A DNA stretch of 64,000 nucleotides from Psammoneis japonica. Its lineage: Eukaryota. The stretch spans positions 310,001-374,000 of the forward strand of contig QPGO01000076.1 of NCBI GenBank assembly GCA_008632985.1. Direction: 5' to 3'. Position numbers and translations under genes: made by a program. The notes under the pieces are model-generated. The model was not told where the DNA came from, made no database searches, and saw only the letters and a program-made list of their open reading frames with translations. This document shows positions 34,844 through 48,139 of the stretch, one piece after another (positions within the stretch are counted from its first letter, which is position 1; each line of letters opens with the position of its first letter).

Positions 34844-36542
34844 TTAACCCATCCACGCGGTCGTGCGAAAGCCCTCTCCAGCGTAAATAGTATTCTCGGC
34901 ACCCAACTCTTCTTCAATACGCAGGAGCTGGTTGTATTTTGCGAGACGTTCCGATCGGCAAGGAGCACCGGTCTTGATTTGACCAGTGCACAGTCCAACA
35001 GCCAAATCGGCAATGTAAGTATCTTCAGTTTCACCAGAACGATGAGACGTCATGACTCCCCAACCAGCTTGCTTCGCCTTGGTGACTGCAGCAATACTTT
35101 CCGAAATGGATCCAATCTGGTTGACCTTGAGCAACAAACAAGTGCATGACTTTTCGTCAATAGCGCGGTCGATCTTTTCGATATTAGTCACAGTCAAATC
35201 GTCGCCGACAACCTGGAAGGCTTCTCCATTCTTGTCAGTGAATTTAGCCCAGTTTGACCAATCGTCTTCATCGAAAGGATCTTCAATCGTGACAATGGGG
35301 AAGTCCGCGGCAAGGCTTTGGTACAATTGTCCCAATTCTTCGCCCGAGATCTTGTTTCCATCATATTTAAAGTCCAAATCATAGGCATCTTCGTCCTTGA
35401 CTTTGAACTCGGAAGCAGCCACATCCAGACCAATGGTGCACTTGTCTTCGTATCCCGCCTTCTTCAAGGCCTCCATGATCAATTCACAGCCCTCGCGGTT
35501 ATCACATGGAGGAGCAAATCCGCCCTCATCACCAATCAGAGTAGCATCGCCACCAAACTTTGCCTTGATGATTTTACCTAAATTATGGTACACTTCGCAT
35601 CCGATAGTCATGGCCTCGGAAAAGGTCTTGGCTCCCGTGGGAATGACAAAGTACTCTTGAAAGGCCAACTTGTTGCCTGCATGAGAACCACCGTTGATGA
35701 CATTAAAACACGGAACAGGCATGGTGTACGTTTCTTCCTTGTTTCCAGCCAATTCGGCATAATGAGCATAGAGTGGAATTCCCTTGCTTGCGGCTCCTGC
35801 CTTGCTTACTGCGAGCGAAACTCCGAGAATGGCATTGGCACCCAACTTGCTCTTGTTGGGTGTTCCGTCCAACTTGAGCATGACATCATCAATTTCTTTT
35901 TGATTTGTTGGATCAAGACCCATGACGGCAGGTCCTAGAATGGTATTAACATTTTCGACAGCCTGAAGAACACCCTTGCCCATGTACCGATCGCCGCCAT
36001 CGCGTAATTCACTGGCTTCGTAAGCGCCAGTCGATGCACCCGACGGGACAGATGCGCGAAAAACGCCATTTTCAGTTCCCAAATCGACCTAGATATTACA
36101 GCAATGACATGAAAGAATGATTGTTTCAGAACACACGTTGGTATGCATCATATCCGATTTTGGACTTAGATTTCAGAAACAATAGGTGGTGGCAGTCAAA
36201 AACTTACCTCGACGGTAGGGTTACCACGAGAATCCAAAATTTCACGAGCCTTGACACTAGTAATGGTAGACATGCTAAGCTTCGATGATGATGAAGACAC
36301 ACCGAATGGATTGGACGACTTTAGAGGACTTCCAACAAAGGCAGATGTGCCTGTCATCAACCATGATTCAACGAGAAAGAATGAGAATGGAGAGAGAAAT
36401 GCCGAGTGAGAACACAATTTTGAGCCATGTCAAGCCGAACTTCAGAACGAAGCGACCTTGTTGCTGAACATAAGCAACTATTATTCCACTTACCAGTTAC
36501 AGTGGCGACCAAGAAGAGAGCGGCAGCAGCAAATCGAGCCAT
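34844..36542 (-). CDS. ENO: Enolase, plastid-targeted (exons 36542-36494, 36350-36208, 36088-34844)
   Basis: [65 protein letters not shown] introns keep the frame. Signal peptide plus TSA-F transit motif. Confidence 0.97.
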
Positions 36543-37100
36543 GGTTGTTTTGATTTGATTTTGACACGGTCGCGTGCGTGTTTTGTGTGGAGGCAAATCT
36601 TTGAAAAGATTCGATTGGCTGCATGACACGTAGCCAATCAGTACACGTGTACATACAGCGCACTCGATACAAAGACGTGTAGAAATCAAAAGATGGTGCT
36701 GTCCGTTGAAAATCAAAATACTTGAATCTGATTGGTGGAGAGAAATTTGAAATTTAGATTCCTTCTCACGAAGAAATACTGGGCTTTTGGATGTGACACG
36801 GAATCTCACTCTTTGGAAGCAAAATCCGCGTCAGTTCCCGTTTCTCACAACACGTCAGTACATCATGTAAAAACAAAATGCCATCGGCAGCGATGCAGTT
36901 GCATTACAACGCTGCAAGCAGGGGGCAAGAGCGTTGCTTGGTTGCTGTCCTTGTCTCTAAAGAGTCGCTCTGTATTGATCGAAAACCTAGCGATCAGATT
37001 GAGTTAGATAAAGTTCTTTAGAAAGGAAGGATTGCTAGTCGCGTTGCATTTTCTTGGAAAAATACATTGCAACAAGGACGAGATTGGTTCTCAGAACACC

Positions 37101-38163
37101 ATGAATTCTTTCATAAACGTCCTTTCCACTTTTTGTACGGCTCAATTCAAGTATGCGGCTGAGCTGCAGGCATTTTGGATGGCCATTCAAGGCGCCGTGG
37201 CGGTTCGAAAAGGACCCAACAAGGACAAAAGCATGGTGTGGTTTCATTCGTTCCTCTTGTCTGTGCTTTCGGGTTATGGCGGAGCTTGCTTTACCAATGT
37301 TTGGATGGGCAAACCAACAAGCATGTTGTCAAACGATTTGAACTTGGCAATGTGCGTGTTGGCATATGCTATTGTCAATTGGGTGCCGTATGGTTTCAAG
37401 ATTTGCACTACGTTTCCAGTGGTTTTAGTAACGACGGTATTCGCACAACTCTTTCGATCGAACGGAATTGCAAAATTCGCATCGGTCGCTTACGAAGCAT
37501 TCAAGGATAATCCTTCTGATTATTACCCGATTCCCGTGTTTGGGCCAATCATGTTTGCAACCTTTCTAGGAAATATGAGTGGGTTCTTCTTGAAGGGCTT
37601 TCATGAGTACCTGCGTTACGGTATGCCTTGGCCTTTTCAGAATGGTACGTACGGTAGCCCGAAGTGACGGGATGCTTGTTGTTATGCTATTTACTTACCT
37701 TCTCATTTATCGATACATGGTAGGTTTGTTCTGTGCCTCGTTTTATCACTTTTTTGTTCACGACGAGAAGGGTTTCATTGGTGTCACTTTGCGAAAGACA
37801 TTTTACGCCATGCCGTGGCAGACGTTTGGTTTGTCCGACAAGGACTTTGCTAGCACTTTTGTTGGGACGTTTATGCAGATCATGGGAATTCTCCAACTTG
37901 GATACTTCTTTGGACCTGGCTTTAGTCCGTTCAACCGCTTGTGGAACTTGTTTGATCATTACGTGCTGCGATCTACCGTTGAAGTGACCGTGTCGGTGGA
38001 CACGACTTCCGGTGTAGTGAACTCTTATACCAAGAAACGCAAGAGAAAACGCAGAAACAAAAAGTCACAGGGAAAAACAACAAATGGGCCCGTAACGACA
38101 TACAATCAGGGAGCGGCAGCAACAACGAATGGAACAGAAAACTTGCAAAAGAAAGTGCAGTAA
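37101..38163 (+). CDS. TRIC/TMEM38-like cation channel (exons 37101-37644, 37724-38163)
   Basis: Multi-TM protein with SGYGGACF..WMGKP and a repeated Gly motif (GNMSGFF). The GT-AG intron restores the frame (NG-LFCASFY). Basic C-tail. Confidence 0.7.
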
Positions 38164-38684
38164 AGCTATTTGGATCGATATGCCTCTATCGATTCAGAAA
38201 GAGCGTACAAATCATTTAACTAATTAAACCCGCAACTTGCGCCAGCTTTCTTGTGACAATCTCAAATCAGTGGAACAGCATCGAAGAAGAAGTAACGAAA
38301 CAATTGATTTGAATTTTGTAGCTCATAGTCGCATGCATGGTAGTCGACAAGAAGCCCGCAATGTTACGAGCTGCTAGAGAGGATTTGCTAGACATACATG
38401 CGTTTAGCTAGCATTCAATGCTAAAGAGGTTATGCAAAAGGGTAACTTTGGGCTTGGAACTGATATCATATCATTGACAGACTCCCGGAATGTGATGCAA
38501 GCAATGAACATGCTTCAATGTGCTTCAACGGAGGATCTACTGTACCCGAACGATTTGCTGTCTGTTTTGGGAATGGCACACGACATTGGCATCATGAAGC
38601 TACTCAAAGGAACAGAACCTGCAGAAGGGATATCTTTCGTGCAAGTGCTTCCTACCGGTACGAAAGTTGCCATATGCTAGGTAA

Positions 38685-39383
38685 CTACACAATCTCAATG
38701 TTACATGCAGCCCGCAACCAGTCCTCATCGTCTTGACCCAAGACGTCCTTCATGCCCTTGACAAGTGCCAAAATGTCTTTTCGGTTCGGTCTTGTATGCG
38801 CTCCTTGTGCTGCAAAGGCTGTTCCAAGGGGTGGACCACCCAAAGCAGGGACATTGTCAAAATAGGATTGTTCTGGGTTGCCTCGACAAATCAAGTGATC
38901 GTGATAAAAGTAGGCTTCATGATCGGTGCCGAGTTGAACAGCAGCACTGACTGATTCGTCATTTGTGCTGCTAGTACCTGTTGTGATGGTCGTACTTCGT
39001 TGCCGCATACTATTGTTGCCCAAGTGCAAGGACTGAACAAAGAGGCCTTTTCGGTGCCACAGAACTTGTTTGACTGCCGCCACAGCCGTAGAAACAGCCA
39101 AAGAGTCCTCGAGGCTGTGCATTTGATTCAAACGAGTCATCATATCTTGTGGTCCATCCACCAAGACACGCGCAATGAGACGATGGCACTGTTGGTCAGT
39201 AGGATTGGCGTAGAGACCGACTTTGGTGATGACGTTTTCGTTCGATTGTGATGGACGACTGACCTCGATGATGGCGACGGCATAGTACTGCTGACGAAAG
39301 GAAGATTCCACGCCTGATTCCATTACCCAGGAAGGGACGTTGCTGGTGCTTTTGCTATCGGTAGTAGGATGCTGTTTCGCCAT
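38685..39383 (-). CDS. Hypothetical protein
   Basis: 232-aa ORF from ATG with normal codon and Tyr usage. No recognised domain. Confidence 0.55.
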   Translation of the reverse strand: MAKQHPTTDSKSTSNVPSWVMESGVESSFRQQYYAVAIIEVSRPSQSNENVITKVGLYANPTDQQCHRLIARVLVDGPQDMMTRLNQMHSLEDSLAVSTAVAAVKQVLWHRKGLFVQSLHLGNNSMRQRSTTITTGTSSTNDESVSAAVQLGTDHEAYFYHDHLICRGNPEQSYFDNVPALGGPPLGTAFAAQGAHTRPNRKDILALVKGMKDVLGQDDEDWLRAACNIEIV

Positions 39384-40144
39384 CTTGTCGATGGAGGAAT
39401 CGTTGTTGTGCTCTGTAGTTGCTGCAAAAGAAGGTGCGCGCCTGCTCCAGAAAAGAACAGAGAAAGCAACAATGAGCTGGTTTTAATATTGTATAGACCA
39501 CCGAGCTTCGATTCAAGTACACCATCGTCGCTTTCGCATACATGAAGCGATATGGGATATGGCGCCGCGATGGCTGATGGATGAATCATGATGAATTGTA
39601 TCGCGGGGCGGGCGTGCCCACATCATCATCACGAGCGATTCTTCGCGCGCTCCGCGAACTCCGAGCAAGTCGTCGCTCTGATGCGGCTCTTTACATTCGA
39701 ATCTGAAATCTGTCATGGCACCGATAAACTGTGCACAAGCATGGAGCATGGAGCAGCAGCAATGGGACATCACCTTTGCAGCTCTATGACATTGTTCGCC
39801 CGGGGCCCTGACACAGAAGGGAGTGACAGAGAATCGGAGAAAAGACAAACAAAATGGCAGACAAGCCCTTCCGGGGGGGGGGGGAGGGCACTGACCAGAT
39901 TTTCGCGTGAAGCCAATCGTGTTCATCAAGAGTGCCAAGATGGTTTTGGCCCTATTTTCCATTTCAGAAACGGCGCTGGCAGGGTTTTCCATCGTAGGGA
40001 ATTCCTCATTTGGCGCCCTGAATTTCCTGAGACAAGGAAAGACAAGGAAACCAGATGAGGAAAAATTGGCTGTGGCAATTTGATGCGCAGTTGCAACTGG
40101 CACAAGGCACAAGAGCAGTCACCATGCAGGTTGCGCTCTTGTTT

Positions 40145-40492
40145 TCATCCCATCTCTTGGAGAATAAAGCATGGTGCACCGGCAGTGCACTCAAGCTTGT
40201 GTTCCCATTTCCAGTCAAGCTGCTGGCACTCTTTGCTGCAGCATTTTGCGACTTTGCACCCAGAGCACCGCAGCAGTTTCTCAGCCTGTGGTTGTTGACA
40301 TGCCCAATGGCAACACTCTGATGCACCCTCCTCAAATGTTTTCTGCACATCCAAAAAGAATTGATCGTTCATCTCACACTCCTCTGTCTCATGTCTTTTG
40401 CACATTTCTTGCCAAACCCCGGGAACTCTCTCATTGCAGTTTTCCCCACAATGTTGGACATTGCGGTCATTCTCTAATTGCATCTGAAGCAC
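40145..40492 (-). pseudogene. MYND zinc-finger gene remnant
   Basis: C..C...LLRCSGCKVAKCCSKECQQLDWKWEHKLEC. The consensus YCS is converted to CCS. Confidence 0.75.
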
Positions 40493-40987
40493 TTTTCCCT
40501 GAATGAATTTTGCCCAGCATTCTGTGCGTTCATTTGTCCAAGGATCACCGCCGGGTCAAAGTCCCAATCTTGATCGCTCGTGGTCCACCTCTTCCTTCAG
40601 AAATGCATTGTTCTCTTCGCGTGTGTGACAATGGAGCATGCAGTGTGGACGACAGCATTGAACTCCGTTCAAAATCGCCTTTCCGAAAACCAACCATGCT
40701 GGCTCAGGATTTTCATCCAACCATTTCTTCCCAACAGACATTTTTGGGGTTTTGTTGTTTTTGTTTCCTTTGACAACTCTGCCTGCTGCAGGCTCCATTG
40801 AAACTTTTTCCGACATGGCGCGCTTGCAAGGTGCCGGCTGTGGGGCCCTCTGCTCTAGCTGGACTCTGCTCTAGAGACAAAGAGTTGCTCTTGCCTCATT
40901 GCTCATTGCTCATGCATCGCACGCACAAAAACACTTTCAGTTTTTTGAAGTTGGGCAAGTGGGGGACTGCGGCACTCAAACAGCACA

Positions 40988-41476
40988 GAATTCCACGTGT
41001 CGTACTTCGCCGTGTTGTAAATCGAAATCACGTGGTGAAGGCACGGTGAAACTGTCAAGTGGCGGAGAACGTCCAAATGACAATTGGAAGGAAAGTGATG
41101 TTGTCGAGCTTGTCCTCTGGACACATGCCATCCAATGTAAATGGAAACTTTCATTCAGAAACTTGTTGTGACAAATGTTTTGGACAATTCCCAAGTTCAC
41201 CACAGCAAAGCATGGGAAATCACTTGCCAAATTGCTGTGCAAATCGCTGCTCTGGCAATTGTGTGTCTAGCAACACTTTGTGGAGCTGCGATCAATGCAT
41301 GACTTCCATTCCAACATCAAACTGGCACAACTTGTTGCAAGATGTGTCACAGCACAACTGTCATTTAGCAGAGTGTTCCTCCAATTGTCAAATGTTGTCA
41401 GAAGCATTTGTGGCTTTCCACCATGCTTTCATCGTGTTGTCAATTTTACAACACGGTGAAGTGTGCACGCAAATTC
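40988..41476. mobile_element. Foldback/MITE-like element with ~110-bp diverged inverted arms
   Basis: ACTTC(G/A)CCGTGTTGTAAA...GCA(C/T)GGTG...TGACAATTGGA at ~40990-41095 recurs in reverse complement at ~41372-41476. Confidence 0.6.
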
Positions 41477-43276
41477 ATGCCAGGTTGTGCTGCAGTCCCC
41501 CATTTGATCAACTGAAAGTGTTCATGCCGCCGCCGGTTTTGGGTTTTGTCGGGTGTTGCACGGTCCCCGACAAAGGCAGGACAGAACGAGCGAGCCGGTG
41601 CAGAAATTTAACACCCAACCGAGCTTCCCCTTTCAAATTTAACGGACGTCGCACATTTTTTTGGGGGCTCAAGAGAGAACTCAAAAATCAAAATGGCGAA
41701 TTGTTGGAGATGTGCATGCCGCACTGTGCCACACAGTGCAATCAATCTCGAGCATGAAATGCCAGCACAACAAGTCCAGGACAACCAAAGAAACCTGTTG
41801 CTTGAATGGCCAGGATGAGTTTTGGTTTGTCAATGATGACTGAACTCTCGATCGATTGGGGTGCCTGTCCCTTCTCGTGCCAACCGCGAAAGCACTTCCA
41901 AGGCCTGTTGTGCAATGTTTTGCCCAAACCCGGTGGAGTGTCTTTCTGGTTGGCTGTTTGATGGGCTCCATTGTGTCATCTTGATGACCATCTTCAAAGA
42001 TCTTGGCCTGGAAGCCGCCTGGACTCAGGATTGATGCGCTGGCTCCAGGAGCGGCACTTTCTCTTTTGTTTCCAACTTTTGGAGAGTTGACAGTTTTTGA
42101 TTCTCAAGTGTTGTGATGGCATTGTTTTGGTCATCTGTCTCTGAAAGACACACTCGTTGATCCTCTGCATTTGTCAATTGTGCCATGGAATGCCTCCAAT
42201 GCAGCTGATCGTCAAATCCAGTCCCCAGAGGTGTGAAGGGTGAATGAGAAGTGCGAACATCCACACCCTTTTTAATTGTGCACATGAACACATCATCTTG
42301 TCCACATGCAAGTTGATGCACCCCAAGTGAGAAAGCCATCCACTTCATGAAACTTCAAAAGTCATGGCCACCATTGAGGTGAATCACACAAAAGCCAACC
42401 AAGGAACATCAGATGAGCTCTCGACTGCTTTCAAACGGGCTTCTTTGGTGCTGCCTGCCTGAGTTGCAGAGCTGCACACAGTCTCTCGTGTGACACCGTC
42501 CAAGAACAAATCCTGTTCTGGCCAGCATTTATGACATGCAGTGGACACTGAGAGAAGCGCTGGATCAATGCACTTTGCACATCTGGCTGAACAACAAGCT
42601 TCAAGCACCATGAGAGTCAGAGAATCGCCGATGCGAAGCAGTGCAGGCAGTTTTGATTTTTCTGCTTAAGATGAAAGGCATCATTCCAAGGCAGTTGGAT
42701 GACATGCATGGCCATGTACCATGCAGCAAATCCCATGAGAAAAACCGTCGCGCTGACCCAAACGTGCAATTTCAAAATTGCAGAAACACACCAAGAAGAA
42801 TGCTGGCCATCATGAGAACCCCACCAAGTGCAACGAGCGACTCAAAGCCTAGTCAATCTTGAACTTTGACCCATGTAGATGACATGACATTGTAGTTGTC
42901 AGATTCAATCAGCACCGGCGCAGCGCTCATGAGTGAGTCCTCGACGACCGGGCACGTCATCGTGGCGGTGCAGAAAAAATGAGAGGACGTGTTGCGGACG
43001 GACCGCAATAGGAAGGGACACAGTCATTGGAGGTAGTCATAGTCATTTCTCCGTACTACGAATGTCCAAGTCACTGAAATATGAAATTTTGACCTTTCGA
43101 TAAGAACACAAAGACGACGACGAAACAAAAACCCTCTCACAACGCCGATCCTCGACACAAAAACCGGCTTTGGATCGAAAAGAGAAGGCAACATGGGCGG
43201 AACTTCGGGCTCTTGCTGTTGTGTCAGCAACAATGAAACTAATCCAGCAGTAAGAGTGAGCACTGGTCGCCGCACC

Positions 43277-44560
43277 ATGTTGCTCTTCATCTTTGGTCCC
43301 ATCCCATTCTTTTTGTATCTAATGCTCACCATGCATTCCAGTGTCCTCGTGGTTGACTTGGACGACCTCAATAAATACATGAACCTTGGAGGTGTCGGAG
43401 AATATGTTCAAACTCAGAAAAAGAGCAAGGGAGTGACAAACATATCTTGGATTTGAATGATACTCCGTTGTTTCGCACAAAAGCAGTCATGAGAAGGTCA
43501 CTGTTGAAAATGCCGGGTTCTACGAACTTGGTGCAGAACGATTTTCTCGCCGAGATCCCAGACGAGGATGATCCCTCCGAGAAGAAGACAGAAGAGAATA
43601 GACCCGCAGTCAAAAAAAGCAGTTTGCGCCAAAGATCCGCAAAGCTACCACACCAACCGACACCCAAACCCAAACCCAATCCAAAACAAGAACCGACGAA
43701 TCCCCAACGTGCTCTTGGCTGGAGTCCAAAAGTCCGGAACAACCGCGATTGCAAGTTGGATTTTTCATCTCAACAAGGTTTGCAAGCCAGAGTCTATACC
43801 AGATCACCGCGCAATCAAGGAGGCTCACTTTTTCAACAATGAAGAAGCCTATCGTGGTGGGCTCGAAATGTACCAACAGCATTTTTCACATTGCGGGAGT
43901 GACCAGTCGATATGGCTGGACGCGACTCCAAATTACTTCCCACACGCAGATCGTGTCGCCGAAATCTACAACAAGGCCAATGCCAAAGACGACTTGAAAA
44001 TTATCTTTATCTTGCGAGAACCGGTGGACAGGGAGTTTAGCTGGTACAACCATTGTCTCGCTGACTCGCATCGAGCCAAGACTCGCAAGTACGCACGAGC
44101 CGTACTGGATGAGAATCAAAAGCTCCTAAACTTTGGTCAATACGTCAAGCGAAGCGTCATGGAGGGTTGGAATGGACAGAAAACTTCTTTTGGACAGTAT
44201 GCAAAATGGCTCGAAAAGTGGATGGAGCACTTTGATCGACAACAAATTCTAGTATTGAGCTACGACGAGCTGCTCAGTGATCCTGCATCGGTAGTCATGC
44301 GTTTACGAGGGTTCTTGGAACTGGGAGATACGGAAGGACCTGACGAGATTGCTCATCACAATAAAAAGGCAAACGACAAAAAGCAAGAACTTCCGCCGTG
44401 CAAAGCACAAGCGAAACTGGCCGAAGCGTATGCAGAACCCAACGAGCAGTTGTACAAGCTTCTAGAATCAAAACCTGGTCCAGAGTCTGAGCAACGACCA
44501 TTTGGAAAATTTCAGCTTTCTGCGTGCACAGAAAACGAGTCCGTTGGGACTCATAAATAA
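43277..44560 (+). CDS. Sulfotransferase (heparan-sulfate 3-O-sulfotransferase-like), 5' part frameshifted
   Basis: PAPS-binding GVQKSGTT, KEAHFF, DATPNYF, ILREPVDREFSWY, GQYAKWL. TM anchor and stalk lie in other frames (shifts near 43440 and 43690). Confidence 0.8.
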
Positions 44561-44687
44561 GATAAAAAACATTTAGACAGCGCAACGAAGCGATGCGCCA
44601 GCATTTGCATCGCACCTGCTTGAACACTAAGGAAGGGCATTTCTATCTATTCAACAGACATTCTAATTACAGTCAGTCGTCGTGCTT

Positions 44688-47543
44688 TCATCCTGTTTCT
44701 TGCTTCAAAACGGGCTCTTTAAACTGTACCGTGTCCTGGTCTGTGGAGAACGCGACAGCCGAAACCCGAATGTTGTGGATAGTCATGAATCGTAATCGAT
44801 TGACTTGCGGTAACGTACTCTCCACCAAACACCGTCAGTGTAATTTGACACAAAAACAGTTGGAGCAATCACGTTCAGTGACTCTAGATCCATCAGTCTA
44901 ATGGCGTGCTTTTCGTGTCGTCCTTAGCCACGCAATAAATCGAGAGCCAATAATGTGCCTTTTGCAGTGGGTTCTTATTCAAAGGTTCGCTTTCAGATGA
45001 CTTGTACTTGTCGGCTACTTCAACCTCGAGTACAAGACCCGCATCCCAACCAACGCTGTCAAATCGGCTGACCTCTCCGAGCGACCGATGCTTACGCTTG
45101 TTTCTGATGTTGTCACTCTTTACGTGCCCCAAAGTCCGCCGAGTCTTGTACACGACATTGGCAGCATCAACAGAATCTCGGGGATCCGGAAGATACGCAG
45201 CATTGCTCGTAGACACCCCTACAAAATCACGAGGTAGTTGTGTCCAGCCAGCATAGTCATGAGACCTTATAGAGACGTTTTGAATGTAGTTTGGAAGATT
45301 GGACACATCGGTACCATTGTCAAAGCCAAAAAGCACATAGCCGTCGAACCATGGTGGAATAGACCATCACCGTGACTCTCACGATCTACTCTGGTTGTAG
45401 CAGGATAATGAGGGATGGGGAATGGAGGGATGTGAGGATTCCGGACATAGCTGCACTGTTTGCGCTTACTCTATCGCTCCCTTCAGATGTGGTGCTGCAG
45501 TTACCGATAATGCAGCCGTAACAGTGAATCGTCCACCTATTGCAATGCGAAGAAACGAAAGCAGATGACATGGTCGAGACAAAATGCTTCCAAAGGCCAG
45601 CGAACCAGCCTCGTCGGGATCTGATGCGTTGGAAACATCTTCAGCGCTTGCAGTTGTTGTCCGCATTCCGTCAACCGAGATAGTTTCACTATCAATGACG
45701 CATCCCGGTGTGATTTGCTTGCGGATTCCGATAAACCCTGGGACATCCGCTTCAATCGTGATGACTAAAGATCTTCTTCGCTTTCGTTCATCCGAGAGCA
45801 CAGCATTCACGGCAATGGAACCGGCTGGAGTGGGCACCGTGGCGCGAACTGAAGGATTCCGAGCTGAAACAAGGGCGTAGCAACGTACTCGGCATATCCA
45901 GGAAGCAGGGACTCTATGCCACCTAATACGTTCGATAGCCACGCTGTAACTCCGGAACTCCAGGGGTGCAGTACGATGGTCTAGTCGGACCCTCATCACC
46001 TTCCGACATGAATGAAGCCCATTCTGGTGAAAACAACTCCCAGAAACAACCCCGTCCAAGCTCGAGCATGGGCTCCCAACACAACTTGATAGAAGCAATG
46101 GCGTGATCCATCATATCAGCGTTCCCAAGCGCTTGAAGGATCCAGTATTGGTTAAAAGGAGAATGGGAACATATGTTGACAGAATCGTTTAGCGCATTGT
46201 GAAAGAAAACCTTGACATCTTCATCTGTTACGATCCGGCATTGATAGCGTTTGCAGCAGAATGAACTCCGAATCCCTAGGCCACTCTGGAACTTGCCTCA
46301 GGCGGTTTCCTAAATGAAGAGTGATTGCCTCATACTTCTTTGCTTCCGGCTCCATACCTGCGAGATGTAGGGATCGCGCAAGATCTCGACACGCCCTCAC
46401 AACAAGACCTGCAAATGCAAGATGAGCCTCTCGGTTGCACTCGTCGTGAACGGCATGGCCACACCACCCATTTCCTATTCGATCGTCCCACCCAAACCAG
46501 AAAATATCCAAATTTGGTTCAAGAAAGTCCTGTATTCTCTTGTTGAGAATCGACATGCAGTCTGGAGCAAACGTTCGAAAGCCAGCAACGTCACCAGATG
46601 CCATGAACCAATCATTTACACTCATGGTCCAATAGATTGGATAAGCCATAATTTGTTGGTCTACCACATCATGCCCATGCACATCACCACTGTTGGTTTG
46701 ATTCAGCTCGTCTCTAATGAGCTCGTAAGAGCAAACGCCACCAGTGCCGCTGCCATTGTCGGATGACCGTCTCCTTGAATCGCATCACGATCCCCTCTGT
46801 CTATTAGAATGGAATTGAAATCATTCTCCTCAATGTTGAGCCGAACACCATACGCACCAGTGTACCATACTCGGGAAAGGGCGTCATCGGACGCGTTAAA
46901 AGATCCCGTGTATGGATGGCTTGACTTTGGCAACTAGAGTAATCTTTGTGATGTGCCATGGCTCTTGATTTAGGGGAGCATCAAAGCAAATCCAGGTGTA
47001 TCGGACGCCCTCATAGAGTTCCTTATTCGTCTCGAGTCTGTAGGTTGAACGACCATACTTTGTGAGAGCTTGTGTCTTGCCGGATAAGGTCTTCTGAATT
47101 CTGAAATGGCTGCTGATACATTTCCAGTGAGATCGGGACTCTCAAATTCCAACCATGCGGCACGTTCGACACCCCAGTCGAGAAACAAACAACCCCTGCC
47201 CTTAATCGACATGTTTGATCTCGCCCATCACCAAGGAGTGACTCTGCACCCAAGACAAAATTTTGCTGGCCGTCTTCTAGTACTTGTAGCTTGCAGGGCG
47301 ATGAACTCTATAAATCTGCGGTGGCGCGTTATAGACCGAATTGTTCCATGTGTAGCGTACAAGCGGATCCCCACTGAACGGCTGCGGTGTCCCACACGAA
47401 GAACAAAATCCATGCAAGTCCTCAAACGGTTCTGGTGCTTCACTACTTGCAGCTCCACAAAATGACCAATTTACGCATGAAAAGAGCACGACTGCTGAAC
47501 AGACGATTAACTCGAAACAGCGACTGGACCGCGACGATGCCAT
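44688..47543 (-). pseudogene. Alpha-L-rhamnosidase (GH78)-like gene broken by many frameshifts
   Basis: Signal peptide at 47543. Fragments LDWGVERAAWLEF, YTGSFNASD..LSRVWYTGAY, DRGDR, GWDDR, WEPMLELGRGCFWE in successive frames. TpA content normal. Confidence 0.75.
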
Positions 47544-48139
47544 TTCGCTTTATGTTTGTTTTTCCATCATAATTCCCTTGTGGCAACGGAGAAGCATGGA
47601 ACTGGATACACTGCGATGGATCATGCTGAGTTAGAAACTCGATCGCACTTGCCGACCGACAGACGAATTATTGCGTTCGTCCACCGTCCATCCGCGTGAG
47701 GAGGTCGCCTCTTTTCGCGCTCTTGCCTTTCTTCGCCACGACAACATTCAATGGCGGCAAGTGCATGTAGGTTTTCCCAACTAGCAGCGCCCGTGATGGA
47801 CAACACAAAACATACAGTGTAGGAGTACAAAGCAAAAAAAAGTGAGCGCTGATGAATCTGATGACCACATTTTCCCCAATTTGTCAAGGATGTGAATAAA
47901 TAAATACAAATTTGAATATATTGTTAATTTCACATCAATTAAAGGTTTATCAGGTAATAATAATTATTATTTATAGACGTTCCCGCCATTAACATAAATA
48001 CTTTCTAAAAGCTGGATATGTATTATGAAATTCAAAAAGCAAACAGTGGAGACAAAAACAACTTCACAAAAACAACAAAAATACCGATCAACCTCACAAC
48101 ATATCTTGATCTCATTCCATTTCAAAAGAGCCAAGCACC

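Larger units (their letters stand above)
39690..42880. other. TpA-depleted degenerate block
   Basis: TA scarce. Contains a MYND remnant and a foldback element. Confidence 0.6.
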
